IMG/VR virus record: IMGVR_UViG_3300032116_000125 | Span: 1-64,000 of that record | Origin: a virus | Length of the DNA stretch: 64,000 bases | Direction: 5' to 3' (one strand) | Shown: positions 27,968 to 36,252 of the stretch, in pieces | Layout of the letters: each line of letters starts with the position of its first letter | Position numbering within the stretch: position 1 is the stretch's first letter | The notes under the pieces: generated by a model | Database searches by the model: none | Told to the model about the DNA's origin: nothing | The model's input: only the letters and a program-made list of their open reading frames with translations | Made by a program: the position numbers and the translations under genes

Positions 27968-29127
27968 TCTTTAAGTCTTCAAGCCCCATTTCACCCATAA
28001 CTGACATTGTGGTGCACAACGTCCCTTCACGGAACACATCCATTGTGCAGGTAGAACTGGCGCTTGAAGAGAATAGGCATGACATGCTGAAGATAGTCAT
28101 TGCCGGAGTGCCCCCGAGTGTAATCACTGAATACATTGGTAAACCTGTGTATGGGTTCCTTGACTTTGGTGTTAACAACCATGAGTTTTGTGGGTACGTC
28201 GCCTCAGTAGACCCCGTCTTCCGAAACAAGGATGGCATTGTAAACGGAAGTCTATTTCAAGAAGTAACCCTTATCTGCATGGGCGCTTCCTATGCTATGC
28301 GAGCAAAAAAGAATCGCGTCTGGCAGGGTCAAACTCTTGACCAAATCGTAAGTACTATTGCAGACGAGCACCGGGTCAGTTTTTCGTGCGAGCAAGACCC
28401 TTTTGTGTACGACCGTATTGTGCAAACTGAGGAGTCGGACTGGCAATTTTTGAATAAGTTGGCGCAACTGTACGGTATGTCCTTTTCACTGCACGGTACA
28501 CATCTACATTTTTGGAACCCGATGCGGGCCCTTGGTCGTGGCATCTCGTATCACAAACTGCGTAACGTCCGTGGGTTAAACATGGAGACACAAACCACGC
28601 CCGCAACAATTTTGTCTTTACACGGTTCCTTTGGCGATACGGTCAACCCCCGAACGTCCCACACTTTGACGGCGGTGAGTGTAGACAATCAGGGGTTAGT
28701 ACACTCCGGTCTGCCATTTGACGAGCACACGGGTTTTGGAAAAGAAGTAACACTGGACGTAACAGACCAAATCAGCGTGAACGGCACATCGGCTCTAATG
28801 ATTGACCATACGATTAAAGCCCGTAGCCGTGGTGTCAACACGCTACTTGCTTCTGTGGAGTTAACTGGTACAGCCGGTGCCCTGCCCGGTGGTGTTGTCT
28901 CCGTGTCTGAGTTTGATTCAACATTTGATGGCTTCTGGTACGTTAAGTCGGTAACTCACACAGTTACTAGGGATGAGTTCTTTACAAAGATGTCTATCGC
29001 CAGTAATGACACGAATGAAGAAGAGCCATATATGTCAATTAAATCGCAAATACCAGTTATTCCGCGACCAGCGTTTCTTAACGGCTCTTGGTGTTCTACA
29101 ACTCAACTTAAGGACATTTATGTATAA
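27964..29127 (+). CDS. baseplate hub (gpD/gp27/VgrG-like)
   Basis: QTEESDWQFLNKLA; GFWYVKSVTH. Confidence 0.8.
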   Translation: MIFKSSSPISPITDIVVHNVPSRNTSIVQVELALEENRHDMLKIVIAGVPPSVITEYIGKPVYGFLDFGVNNHEFCGYVASVDPVFRNKDGIVNGSLFQEVTLICMGASYAMRAKKNRVWQGQTLDQIVSTIADEHRVSFSCEQDPFVYDRIVQTEESDWQFLNKLAQLYGMSFSLHGTHLHFWNPMRALGRGISYHKLRNVRGLNMETQTTPATILSLHGSFGDTVNPRTSHTLTAVSVDNQGLVHSGLPFDEHTGFGKEVTLDVTDQISVNGTSALMIDHTIKARSRGVNTLLASVELTGTAGALPGGVVSVSEFDSTFDGFWYVKSVTHTVTRDEFFTKMSIASNDTNEEEPYMSIKSQIPVIPRPAFLNGSWCSTTQLKDIYV

Positions 29128-29230
29128 AAAAGTTATTAAAATTACTTTAATAGCATTTGTTTTGTTGTCTTCATTCTTTTCGTTTAGCATGTATCAAACA
29201 TACAGAGAAATAGATAAGGATGAGTTATGA
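29120..29230 (+). CDS. 36-aa AT-rich single-TM peptide
   Basis: AAGGA RBS; MYKKVIKITLIAFVLLSSFFSFSMY...; overlaps both neighbours. Confidence 0.5.
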   Translation: MYKKVIKITLIAFVLLSSFFSFSMYQTYREIDKDEL

Positions 29231-29628
29231 GATCAATCTATTTGCCATTTCAATTTAATAATGGAAAAGTTGCAACTACTTCTGATTTTGATGAAATTAT
29301 TAAACAAAAAATCATTGATGTGCTTGCGGTAACCAAAACTGAGCGGCCAATGCGCCCTCGGTACGGTCTTGGTACTTATACCTTTTTGTATGAGCCTGTT
29401 GACCCCCTGATCTGGGAGGACTTTAAACAAGACGCCCTAGTAGAACTCCGTGAGGCCGTGTCGGGTGTACGTATTAACGACATCGTGATTGCCGAGGGGG
29501 ATGGGTCTCGTGGAGAAGAAGAGGGCTCCACGATTTACGTAACTGTTTATTATTCTATAAATCCGTCGCAGAAATCCAGTGTTACACTTACTGTTAGCGA
29601 CATTTTGAACGAGGAAACCTATGGCTAA
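29227..29628 (+). CDS. baseplate wedge gp25/gpW-like
   Basis: TERPMRPRYG, LYEP. Confidence 0.85.
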   Translation: MRSIYLPFQFNNGKVATTSDFDEIIKQKIIDVLAVTKTERPMRPRYGLGTYTFLYEPVDPLIWEDFKQDALVELREAVSGVRINDIVIAEGDGSRGEEEGSTIYVTVYYSINPSQKSSVTLTVSDILNEETYG

Positions 29629-31114
29629 TTTTGATTACACGGCAAGAGACTACAGTAGCGTTCGTGAAGCGCTGTCGGCCCGCGCCTCCCGCTCTATTCC
29701 TGAATGGGTGGGGGACGACCCTTCGGACTTTATGTCCACATTGATTGACCTGTGGGCGTACACCGCTGACACACTTCATTACTACATTGACCGCGCATCC
29801 ACAGAAGCCTTTTTGGGCACCGCGACCCAGCGCGAGAGCGTCTTGGCTCTGGCTAACCTTTATGGCTACACGCCTAATTACCAGCGTTCTGCAACTGCCA
29901 CGTTAAGCCTGACCAATACGGGGGCATCTTCCGTTACTGTCCCGGCCAACACCAAGTTCATATCTACAACGGGGCAGTACTTTTACAATGAGGAAGCGCT
30001 ATCTATCTCCGGTAATAGCACTGGGTCATTGAGTGTGCGCCAAGGCACACTAGTCAGTAGCGAAAGCCTGACTTCCTCCACCGACTCCACCCGTACCAGT
30101 AGCGACGGTACCTTTGGGCAACGGTTCAACATTTATCGTACGAGCGTTGACCCCACCACGGTACGAGTGTTTGTCGCTGAGGGCGCTGGGGGCGCAACAA
30201 AAGAATGGTCGCGGGTAAACACCCTTGTAAGTTACGGACCAGACGACTCAGTATTCTCAGTTTATATAGATTCTAACCAAATAGCGCAAGTAGTATTTGG
30301 TAATGGATTGAATGGGCGCATTCCACCGATTAACGCGCAAATAACCGCGACGTATGGGTATTCAGATGGTTCACTGGGGAATGTGGGTAGCAATACGATC
30401 ACCCGTCTTGCTACGTCGTCACTTCCCACAATAACAACCATTACTAACGTCTCGCCCGCGGCCGGTGGCTTGGACTTTGAAAGTATTGACAGTATCAAGC
30501 GGGCCATTCCGGGTGCACTGCGTACTAGGAGTGGCGCCACCACCCTGTCGGACTTCAGGGACTTGGCTCTTGCTACGCAGGGTGTATCTAAGGCCACTGT
30601 CTCCTACACGGGGTCCTCGTCCAGCGGAGCGTCTATCACCGCCACGGTAGTCCCAGATCAGACAGCCTACCTAACTGATGGAGCGGCGTCAGTCAGCATT
30701 AGCACCGACTTGCGTGACCGAGTTGCTCGGGAACTTCTAGATAACGCCCTTCTTGGGGTTACCCTGATTAGCGTTCCCTCTTCCGTAACCTTCACTAAGA
30801 TTTATGTGTACTTTGATCTGTACGTAAAGTCAAATTACGTACAGTCTGTCGTTGTTGCGGATGTTAAAAACGCGGTAGAAAACCTTTTTGCGTTTACTTC
30901 TGTCTCTTTTGGTCAAGTTGTAAATATCGGAGAGGTTTATCGTACCGCCATGGCTGTTGCTGGCGTGGATTACTTGATAGTCAAGGGCTTCACAACCACC
31001 AGCGGGGGTACGACCACCATTGATAACAGTGGCAAGATTACGGTTGGGGCAACGTCTTTGCCAAAACTTGGTGTTGTAACCATCACCGCCTCAGGGGGAG
31101 TCTCAGCAGTCTAA
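29621..31114 (+). CDS. baseplate J-like wedge protein
   Basis: DYTARDY, YYIDRASTEAFL, FGNGLNGRIP, GGLDFESIDSIK, TLSDF. Confidence 0.9.
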   Translation: MANFDYTARDYSSVREALSARASRSIPEWVGDDPSDFMSTLIDLWAYTADTLHYYIDRASTEAFLGTATQRESVLALANLYGYTPNYQRSATATLSLTNTGASSVTVPANTKFISTTGQYFYNEEALSISGNSTGSLSVRQGTLVSSESLTSSTDSTRTSSDGTFGQRFNIYRTSVDPTTVRVFVAEGAGGATKEWSRVNTLVSYGPDDSVFSVYIDSNQIAQVVFGNGLNGRIPPINAQITATYGYSDGSLGNVGSNTITRLATSSLPTITTITNVSPAAGGLDFESIDSIKRAIPGALRTRSGATTLSDFRDLALATQGVSKATVSYTGSSSSGASITATVVPDQTAYLTDGAASVSISTDLRDRVARELLDNALLGVTLISVPSSVTFTKIYVYFDLYVKSNYVQSVVVADVKNAVENLFAFTSVSFGQVVNIGEVYRTAMAVAGVDYLIVKGFTTTSGGTTTIDNSGKITVGATSLPKLGVVTITASGGVSAV

Positions 31115-33411
31115 TGGCAAAGAAAGCATTTGTCTTTAAAAGTAATCTAGGTACCACCGCCAGTACCTCTGGCTCATTCCTACAGCCGGGGACCGCCAAT
31201 ATCGGCACGGACGATTCATCAGCATTTAAGGCTGATGGGTACACCCTTCCCCCGGTAACCATCGGTTCAGCATCATTCCTGTCGGCTACCCCGACTAATT
31301 ACGGAGAAGTGTTAGTGGAGTGGGGCATCACCAGTGCCTTGTCAAGTGTCGTCAGTGCCACACCTAGCGCCACAGAATTGATTCTTGTTTATTCCGCGTA
31401 TGGCCCACCCCAAACCTATTTGGATGGGCAGGTGCTTGTCACGATTACAAACGCAAACACAGTTTCTTCATTTACCCATGATGGGCTCGCTGGTGGTACA
31501 TGGGCGTACTACTCGCTGTTTGTTAAGTACCAAGCAACCGGCACGCGCTCATGGTACGAGCGCTTAGCCTCAACAGAGACGTTGGTAGTTAAAAATTACA
31601 ATTCATTAGCGTCCCTGTATCGCCGTGTTCCACTGCATTACCGCCTGTTGGATGACCAACTTGGTCTTACCAATATCAACAGTGAGCACATCTCGGTCCT
31701 CCCTACCGACCTCGTTGTGTCAGGACCACTGCGGCGCATGCTGGATGTGTTTGGTTGGGATATTGACGTTTTAAAGACAACTATTGACTACGTAATTAGG
31801 CAGAAAGACCCGTACGTTGCGAACAGTGAAATGTTGGAGCAACTGGCTAAGGAAGTCGGTCTGCCGATTGAAACTGTGGACCTTGGCCCAGCCCGCCTTC
31901 GGGATTTGATTTCCAACTTTAGGTATTTGACAGAAAACGAGGGGCTGATCACAGGTATTGAGGAATATATAACGGCTTTGGCAGGTAGTGACACAGAAAT
32001 AAAATTTAGTAACCCGGATTTGTTTACTGCTACGCAACACGCTATCTCCAGCCTTGCTACAACGACTTCCCCAACTCAGGTACCCACGACGGATCAGTGG
32101 CTCATGGAAGTGCAAGACCTTGGTGGCGGGGCATCGTCTCAAGCAGTTGCCGCCTCTTCTACCTATTACGGTAAAGCACTATGCGAGAATAACACGGCTG
32201 TACGCATTACGTCTGGCGCCGCATCGGTCAACACCGGCGTGTACGTAGGATGTTTGAAAACAAAGATAACGAATGTTAGCCAAGCCAGCCGTTTGTACAT
32301 GGAGTACGGGGCTGTTTACGGAGCAACACCCAGTAACGGCGCAAGTGTTATTGGCGCGGCTGTACTGAGTAGCGTGACCGCGGCTTCGGCAGTGTCATAC
32401 AGCCTCACCACGGGGGCAAGCACATCATTGGAGGGGTTCGTGTCCTCAGTAACGGACGGGCAAGCAAATGCGTGGTCAGTGCCTGTTGACTTTGGGGTTG
32501 TGGGTAACGGCTCAACAACGACCTCAGATATGTACTTACATATTTGGGTTGCGTCTAGATACAACAACAACCCTTTGCATTTTGTTCCAATTGTGTTGAA
32601 GACACAAAATAGGTACCCCTACTACATTGACGTTTATTCCCAGCGTCTTAACCTTGTGCGCGACCCGCAGTTTGTTAACGGGATAAGCACTTTGTCAGAG
32701 AGCAGTAACACCACTTCTTACTGGAGAGTCGCGGGGTCCTCTATTACAGGGACATCCGTAGCCGACAAGGTTGCAACGATAAGCACCAGCGCGTCGTCTA
32801 CGCTAACTCTGAGTACAGACGTAACGCACACCACTAACGGTAAGAGGTATACGCCACTAAAGCGGGGCGTGGAGTACTACTTTTCTATAGATGATATAAA
32901 CGACAATATTTCGGCTGTTCAAGTGCGTCTTGACAACGCAGAAATAACGCTCGTTACGCAGTCCACCGTGTACAGGAGTGAAAACCTGTCTAGCGGAGGT
33001 AAACGAAAGTACTGGCAGATTGTAATCCCGAGCACGGCTAACACCTATCCGGAATCGGCCAACGTGTACCACATTGCCTTGACCGCCAATGTCTCTGCAT
33101 CCAACCTGTCCCTGAAGGTGTCACGCCCTCTTCTTGAGCCGTATGCCCCGGGGGCGTACTTTGATGGCGACACGGAGCAGGGTGGTTGGCTCGGCGTAGG
33201 TAGTGGTGGCGGTGGCGCCAACGCCGACCACCGCTGGGGTGACAGTTCACAGCACTCTAATTTCTCTTATTACACCTCTGACTACCGCCGAACGGTTGAG
33301 ACTGTGAAGAGGCTCATGGAATATATCGTTCCGGTAACAGAGCAAACTACTGCCCTAACCAATTTGAGGTTTGACCGCATACCCGGGTATTCGGGTACGC
33401 TGTCTCTATGA
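31114..33411 (+). CDS. baseplate wedge (gpI/gp7-like) / fibre-attachment protein
   Basis: follows J; LYRRVPLHYR..LRRMLDVFGWD..LEQLAKEVG; YFDGD C-terminal motif. Confidence 0.7.
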   Translation: MAKKAFVFKSNLGTTASTSGSFLQPGTANIGTDDSSAFKADGYTLPPVTIGSASFLSATPTNYGEVLVEWGITSALSSVVSATPSATELILVYSAYGPPQTYLDGQVLVTITNANTVSSFTHDGLAGGTWAYYSLFVKYQATGTRSWYERLASTETLVVKNYNSLASLYRRVPLHYRLLDDQLGLTNINSEHISVLPTDLVVSGPLRRMLDVFGWDIDVLKTTIDYVIRQKDPYVANSEMLEQLAKEVGLPIETVDLGPARLRDLISNFRYLTENEGLITGIEEYITALAGSDTEIKFSNPDLFTATQHAISSLATTTSPTQVPTTDQWLMEVQDLGGGASSQAVAASSTYYGKALCENNTAVRITSGAASVNTGVYVGCLKTKITNVSQASRLYMEYGAVYGATPSNGASVIGAAVLSSVTAASAVSYSLTTGASTSLEGFVSSVTDGQANAWSVPVDFGVVGNGSTTTSDMYLHIWVASRYNNNPLHFVPIVLKTQNRYPYYIDVYSQRLNLVRDPQFVNGISTLSESSNTTSYWRVAGSSITGTSVADKVATISTSASSTLTLSTDVTHTTNGKRYTPLKRGVEYYFSIDDINDNISAVQVRLDNAEITLVTQSTVYRSENLSSGGKRKYWQIVIPSTANTYPESANVYHIALTANVSASNLSLKVSRPLLEPYAPGAYFDGDTEQGGWLGVGSGGGGANADHRWGDSSQHSNFSYYTSDYRRTVETVKRLMEYIVPVTEQTTALTNLRFDRIPGYSGTLSL

Positions 33412-33659
33412 TCATTATTGGTGGCCTAGCGGTTTACAAAGCCATACATGTTTTAACCACGCTCATTCCAAAGGAGTTGAGTGCGTGGGTTACCGTCCTC
33501 GTCGGCGTCGTTCTTGGCATTGGTGCGTCGTGGTGGCTATCCGAAAACAATGTATTGCTTTCAGGATTGGCGATGGCTACAATCGCCGGTGCCACCCAGT
33601 CGGTGTTGCGACTGGTCACCCTTACTGGTGATCTGTCCCTGCGCCGGTCGCTCAAATAG
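33408..33659 (+). CDS. small membrane protein (holin candidate)
   Basis: 83 aa, 2-3 hydrophobic helices, basic C-terminus. Confidence 0.55.
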   Translation: MIIIGGLAVYKAIHVLTTLIPKELSAWVTVLVGVVLGIGASWWLSENNVLLSGLAMATIAGATQSVLRLVTLTGDLSLRRSLK

Positions 33660-33668
33660 GAGAACAAA

Positions 33669-34463
33669 ATGCCCAAAGCCAGCCGAGGTGTTATTGGCGT
33701 TATCGGCAACGGTCGCGCCACCGCCAACATCATTGAAGACAGCCTGAACGAGTTCGTTGACAACAACGACTTCGTTCTCCCGTGGTACGGCGGGAAGCCC
33801 AGCGACAGCATGGACCGTGTGTACACCGCCATCATTGACTTTGACCACCCGTACCACATCGTCGGGAACGGCGCCCCCAAGTCGCTGGTCAAAACAGCGC
33901 TGGAGCACCATCAGTCAGAAGACCCGATGGACGCCACCGTACGGGCAACCCATGACCTTGGTGGCGACACCATCCTCGTGTTGTGGGATGACGAGGTAGC
34001 CACGGAGAGCGCCATCCTGCAAGCGCACGCATACGGTATGCGCCTGCTTGATCTGACCAACGCCCTCGCCCCGATTGATGTGGTTGACCCTGAGACCCCG
34101 GCGCCTGCTCCGGAAGCACCCGAAGAGGATGCCCCGGAGGATAAGGAGATTGACAAGTTCTCCGAGGATGAGTTGCGTACGCAACCGATTGCGGCTCTTC
34201 GCCGTCAGGTCAAACTCTTGGGCTTGGACTACGAGAGGTCAGCCACGAAGGAAGAGTTGATCAGCGCACTCTTGGGGGGCCTGCAAGACGTTGGTCTTAA
34301 GCAGGAAGCCCCCCAAGAGGTTGCTAAGGCGTTCCCCATTCCGAAGAGCGGGTGCCTCGCTTTGTCATGGGATGACAAAGTGGAAACCATCACGATCAGC
34401 GCCGAGACGGTTGGGGCAGTTCAGGAAATGTTCAACGGTCTGAAGAAACTTCTTCAGGGTTAA
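33669..34463 (+). CDS. hypothetical protein: alpha/beta N-terminus plus HeH/Rho-N-like nucleic-acid-binding motif
   Basis: GVIGVIGNG start; FSEDEL...LRRQVKLLGL...ATKEELISAL. Confidence 0.55.
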   Translation: MPKASRGVIGVIGNGRATANIIEDSLNEFVDNNDFVLPWYGGKPSDSMDRVYTAIIDFDHPYHIVGNGAPKSLVKTALEHHQSEDPMDATVRATHDLGGDTILVLWDDEVATESAILQAHAYGMRLLDLTNALAPIDVVDPETPAPAPEAPEEDAPEDKEIDKFSEDELRTQPIAALRRQVKLLGLDYERSATKEELISALLGGLQDVGLKQEAPQEVAKAFPIPKSGCLALSWDDKVETITISAETVGAVQEMFNGLKKLLQG

Positions 34464-34471
34464 GAACTACT

Positions 34472-34600
34472 TCACTTCTTCTTCTTGGGAGCGGCCTTCT
34501 TGGCCGCGGCCTTCTTGGCCGCGGCCTTCTTCTTAGCCGGTCCCTTGCCGTAGCCGGGGTCCTTCTTATTGCTGATTCCACATCCGCATTCCTTGCACAT
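34472..34600 (-). CDS. 42-aa histone-H1-like peptide with N-terminal CxxCGC (not in ORF track)
   Basis: MCKECGCGISNKKDPGYGKGPAKKKAAAKKAAAKKAAPKKKK; start 2 nt after upstream stop. Confidence 0.7.
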   Translation of the reverse strand: MCKECGCGISNKKDPGYGKGPAKKKAAAKKAAAKKAAPKKKK

Positions 34601-34602
34601 TG

Positions 34603-34848
34603 TCATTCCCCCTTTCGGTGCTTCGCAGTTTTCTTGGCGATGCTTTTTGGTTGCTTGACAAATTGCTTGCCCTCGGCGTTGCCCTTGGCCTTGGCACGAT
34701 TCGTAGACGCCTTTTCAGAAGGGGTCAACTCATCCCACGCCTTGTCCGGTAGGTAACGCTTCTTGCCCTTGGACGGCTTTCCATCAGAGGTGCGCCACTT
34801 CTGGTCCGTCCATTCATCAAGGGACTTCTGCGACTCTTTCTTAGCCAT
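34603..34848 (-). CDS. basic protein, DUF5872-like C-terminal half
   Basis: QKSLDEWTDQKWRT...RYLPDKAWDELTPSEK...KQFVKQP. Confidence 0.7.
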   Translation of the reverse strand: MAKKESQKSLDEWTDQKWRTSDGKPSKGKKRYLPDKAWDELTPSEKASTNRAKAKGNAEGKQFVKQPKSIAKKTAKHRKGE

Positions 34849-35042
34849 CAGTCCTTGTAACCCCCGCCCTTCTTCTTGTACTCAGACGCAAGAAGTTGGG
34901 CTTTACGGGCAGACCACTCGCCGGGATCGCCACCCTTTGAACCGGCCTTGATCTTCTTAAACAGTTCCTCACGCATACCCGGCTTGGTGTAATTACCGGC
35001 TTCGTTGACCTTAGATTCGGTCTTCTTTTTCTTAGCGGCCAT
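34848..35042 (-). CDS. basic protein, DUF5872-like N-terminal half
   Basis: YTKPGMREELFKKIKAGSKGGDPGEWSARKAQLLASEYKKKGGGY. Confidence 0.75.
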   Translation of the reverse strand: MAAKKKKTESKVNEAGNYTKPGMREELFKKIKAGSKGGDPGEWSARKAQLLASEYKKKGGGYKD

Positions 35043-35044
35043 GG

Positions 35045-35308
35045 TTACTTTTTTCCTCTATTCCGTGCACGATTCTTAGATGGTTCCTCTGCCACGATTC
35101 CACCATCTTTGGTATGGGACATATCCTTACCACCCTTGCCCATAACCCCACGCTTACGGCGCTCTTCAGCAAGTTCACGACGCTTCTCCTTCTCTTCGGG
35201 CTTAGCGTTGTACTCCTTGTTGTAGGCGTCCTTCTTCTTACGGGCCTCCGGGTTATCCCGGTAATACTGCGCGGTTTCTTTGGGACTACTGGTCTTGCGA
35301 GGAGCCAT
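35045..35308 (-). CDS. basic protein with degenerate HNH-like C-terminus
   Basis: GKDMSH...NRARN; K/R-rich. Confidence 0.6.
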   Translation of the reverse strand: MAPRKTSSPKETAQYYRDNPEARKKKDAYNKEYNAKPEEKEKRRELAEERRKRGVMGKGGKDMSHTKDGGIVAEEPSKNRARNRGKK

Positions 35309-35601
35309 TACCACTTCACCTTGTCAGCCCAGTAAGCGGCTGACATCTTGCCTTTGGCAATGTTCTTGGCATGGCGGGACTTAAAGGAAGCACGCTTGTC
35401 CTTCATGCGCTCGGACTCCCCCGCCTTGGGCTTACCAGCGGTCTCAGCACCCTGCTCGCCAAAGCGAATCGTCTTGACCTGATCGCCCACCTTGGCGACA
35501 ACAATGTGCGACTTGGTCGGGTGGTCCGGCGTTGCCTTCGGCTTGTTGTAACCCGAGACACCGGCTCGCGCCAATCGGGGGTCTTTCTTACTCTCAGCCA
35601 T
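35308..35601 (-). CDS. basic viral protein (DUF5754/DUF6321-like)
   Basis: KTIRFGEQG...RASFKSRH...SAAYWADKVKW. Confidence 0.65.
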   Translation of the reverse strand: MAESKKDPRLARAGVSGYNKPKATPDHPTKSHIVVAKVGDQVKTIRFGEQGAETAGKPKAGESERMKDKRASFKSRHAKNIAKGKMSAAYWADKVKW

Positions 35602-35608
35602 GATTACC

Positions 35609-36052
35609 TCACTTCGTTGATGCGCGGAGTTGCCACGACCACTTCATGTGCATGTCAATCCGCTCTGAAATAAAATTAAGAATACCCTGCTGATTTTCTT
35701 TCTCAGCATCCTTAAATGTAACATACAACTGCTTGATAAGTGCCTCATTGGCCGTCAGCAGTGCCCCGGCCATAGCCTTGGGGGTGGGGGAGACATCTTT
35801 AAAAGCGATGGTACGCATCTCAATAAACTTTTGTAGATTGAAGGGGGCGTACTCATCCAATTTGCGGAGGTTTTCAGCAATCGGGTCAATAGAGCCGTAG
35901 GCGTCCTCGTAGATGTCTGCAAAGAGGCCGTGGTACTGGCTGAAGTCCTGACCCTCTACGTTCCAGTGAAACCCATGGGCCATGAAGTAGAAGGTGACAA
36001 CGTCTGAGAGAAGGGCTTTGAGGGACTTCGTAAGTCCGGTGCTGGATGCCAT
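35609..36052 (-). CDS. dps: Dps / ferritin-like DNA-protecting protein
   Basis: HWNVEG.DF..YH.LF..IY...IDPIAE with ferroxidase His, His, Asp, Glu intact; 147 aa; AAGGAG RBS. Confidence 0.9.
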   Translation of the reverse strand: MASSTGLTKSLKALLSDVVTFYFMAHGFHWNVEGQDFSQYHGLFADIYEDAYGSIDPIAENLRKLDEYAPFNLQKFIEMRTIAFKDVSPTPKAMAGALLTANEALIKQLYVTFKDAEKENQQGILNFISERIDMHMKWSWQLRASTK

Positions 36053-36250
36053 GTGGTCTCCTTGAAAACAGGGCTGGGGCGCTTCAGTAACTCTACACCA
36101 AAGCGCCCCAGCCTGTTTAACCACCACCGGTAAACCGGGCACCGAGGAGAACCACCAACTCGGTCTCCGAAGATTAGCCTCAACAAACCGTGTATGCAAC
36201 ACTTGGCGACGGGTTTGTGTGTATAGTCTCCGGCACACCAAGGAGACCAC
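36053..36250. promoter_or_regulatory. divergent promoter region between dps operon and replication operon
   Basis: GTGTAnAGT -10-like boxes on each strand (36090-36098 minus; 36219-36227 plus); 12-bp inverted RBS repeat; long hairpin 36067-36118. Confidence 0.6.
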
Positions 36251-36252
36251 CG

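Noticed and set aside
20077-33411. Extracellular contractile injection system/tailocin
   Set aside because: Terminase, portal, capsid and a full replication module show this is a phage
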